A DNA stretch of 64,000 bases from Geosiphon pyriformis uo1. Its lineage: Eukaryota > Fungi > Glomeromycota. The stretch is from contig JAAOMT010000098.1 in assembly GCA_016748015.1 (NCBI GenBank), forward strand, positions 338,190-402,189, read 5' to 3'. Positions within the stretch are counted from its first letter, which is position 1. Each line of letters starts with the position of its first letter. Below the pieces are notes generated by a model that was not told the DNA's origin, made no database searches, and saw only the letters and a program-made list of their open reading frames with translations. The position numbers were made by a program, and so were the translations under genes. Below, piece by piece: positions 63,570 through 64,000 of this stretch.

Positions 63570-64000
63570 ATGGCAAGTGTCGACAGAATCGAACGTCAAT
63601 TAGAGGTGGCTACGACCGAGTATAGAAGATGCGTGGAGAAGCTAGAGAAGTTTATGGAGGGTGAGAAGGGAGATAGGTTAAGTGAATTAAAGAAGAATCT
63701 GAGAGAGAAGGAGGATGTGGACGAAAACCAAAGGAAGAAGTGGATAGAAGAAAAGGAAGATCTGGAAAAGCAAGAAAAAAAGCTGGAGGCGAGCAAAGAG
63801 AGATGGGAGTTGCAGATGGAAAAATTACAAGATACGTTGATAGGTAACGACTTCGTGACTTGTAACTTGAACGTTGGGGACAGAGTTTATGACTTCGGGT
63901 AATGACTGACTCATGTGTGTTGCACTCGCAACTTCAACGTTCTTGAATGTTGTTTCACTTGCAGAACTCGAACGTCCTTCAAAAAGACCACGCATCGGTA
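63570..64000 (+). CDS. Spliced gene, partial: exon 1 63570-63843 (charged coiled coil), intron 63844-63964, exon 2 from 63965 (ELERPSKRPRIG..., NLS-like); continues beyond window
   Basis: CACCATGG start context, E/K/R-rich helical sequence, AG|GTAACG donor, CTGAC, CACTTGCAG acceptor; phase-1 splice keeps the frame open; CpGs intact. Confidence 0.7.

Noticed and set aside
63844-63902. C-terminal GNDFVTCNLNVGDRVYDFG of the 110-aa ORF
   Set aside because: It most likely lies within the predicted intron.

Overview
AT-rich eukaryotic, probably fungal, heterochromatin-like DNA made almost entirely of decayed transposable elements. The repeat families resemble ones I associate with Glomeromycotina/Mucoromycota, but that is inference. 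Contents: (i) five APE-RT-RNase H LINE copies (1-25250 minus, 25845-32755 plus, 32751-44030 plus, 48805-55680 plus, 55771-62465 minus); (ii) three copies of one Ty3/gypsy family with 4-bp TSDs: A (2879-22947) inserted in a LINE, B (7372-17454) nested inside A, and internally deleted C (36782-43064) inserted in another LINE; (iii) a nearly erased MULE/FAR1-SWIM transposase (~44150-46600, minus) that the ORF track misses; (iv) an intact CpG-rich nested palindrome at 47106-47168 in extremely AT-rich DNA; (v) the start of a spliced, CpG-intact coiled-coil gene at 63570. The gypsy family has an unusual layout: Gag-ZnK-PR-[novel Cys-rich domain]-dUTPase-RT-RH, stop, a separate integrase ORF, then a TATA box and a conserved ~210-aa ORF3 of unknown function ending at the PPT. 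Its PBS is paired with a downstream tRNA-3'-end mimic. All TEs carry a heavy C>T/G>A load in CpG and non-CpG contexts, and two full-length LINEs have many nonsense mutations but no net frameshift, which is a RIP-like signature.
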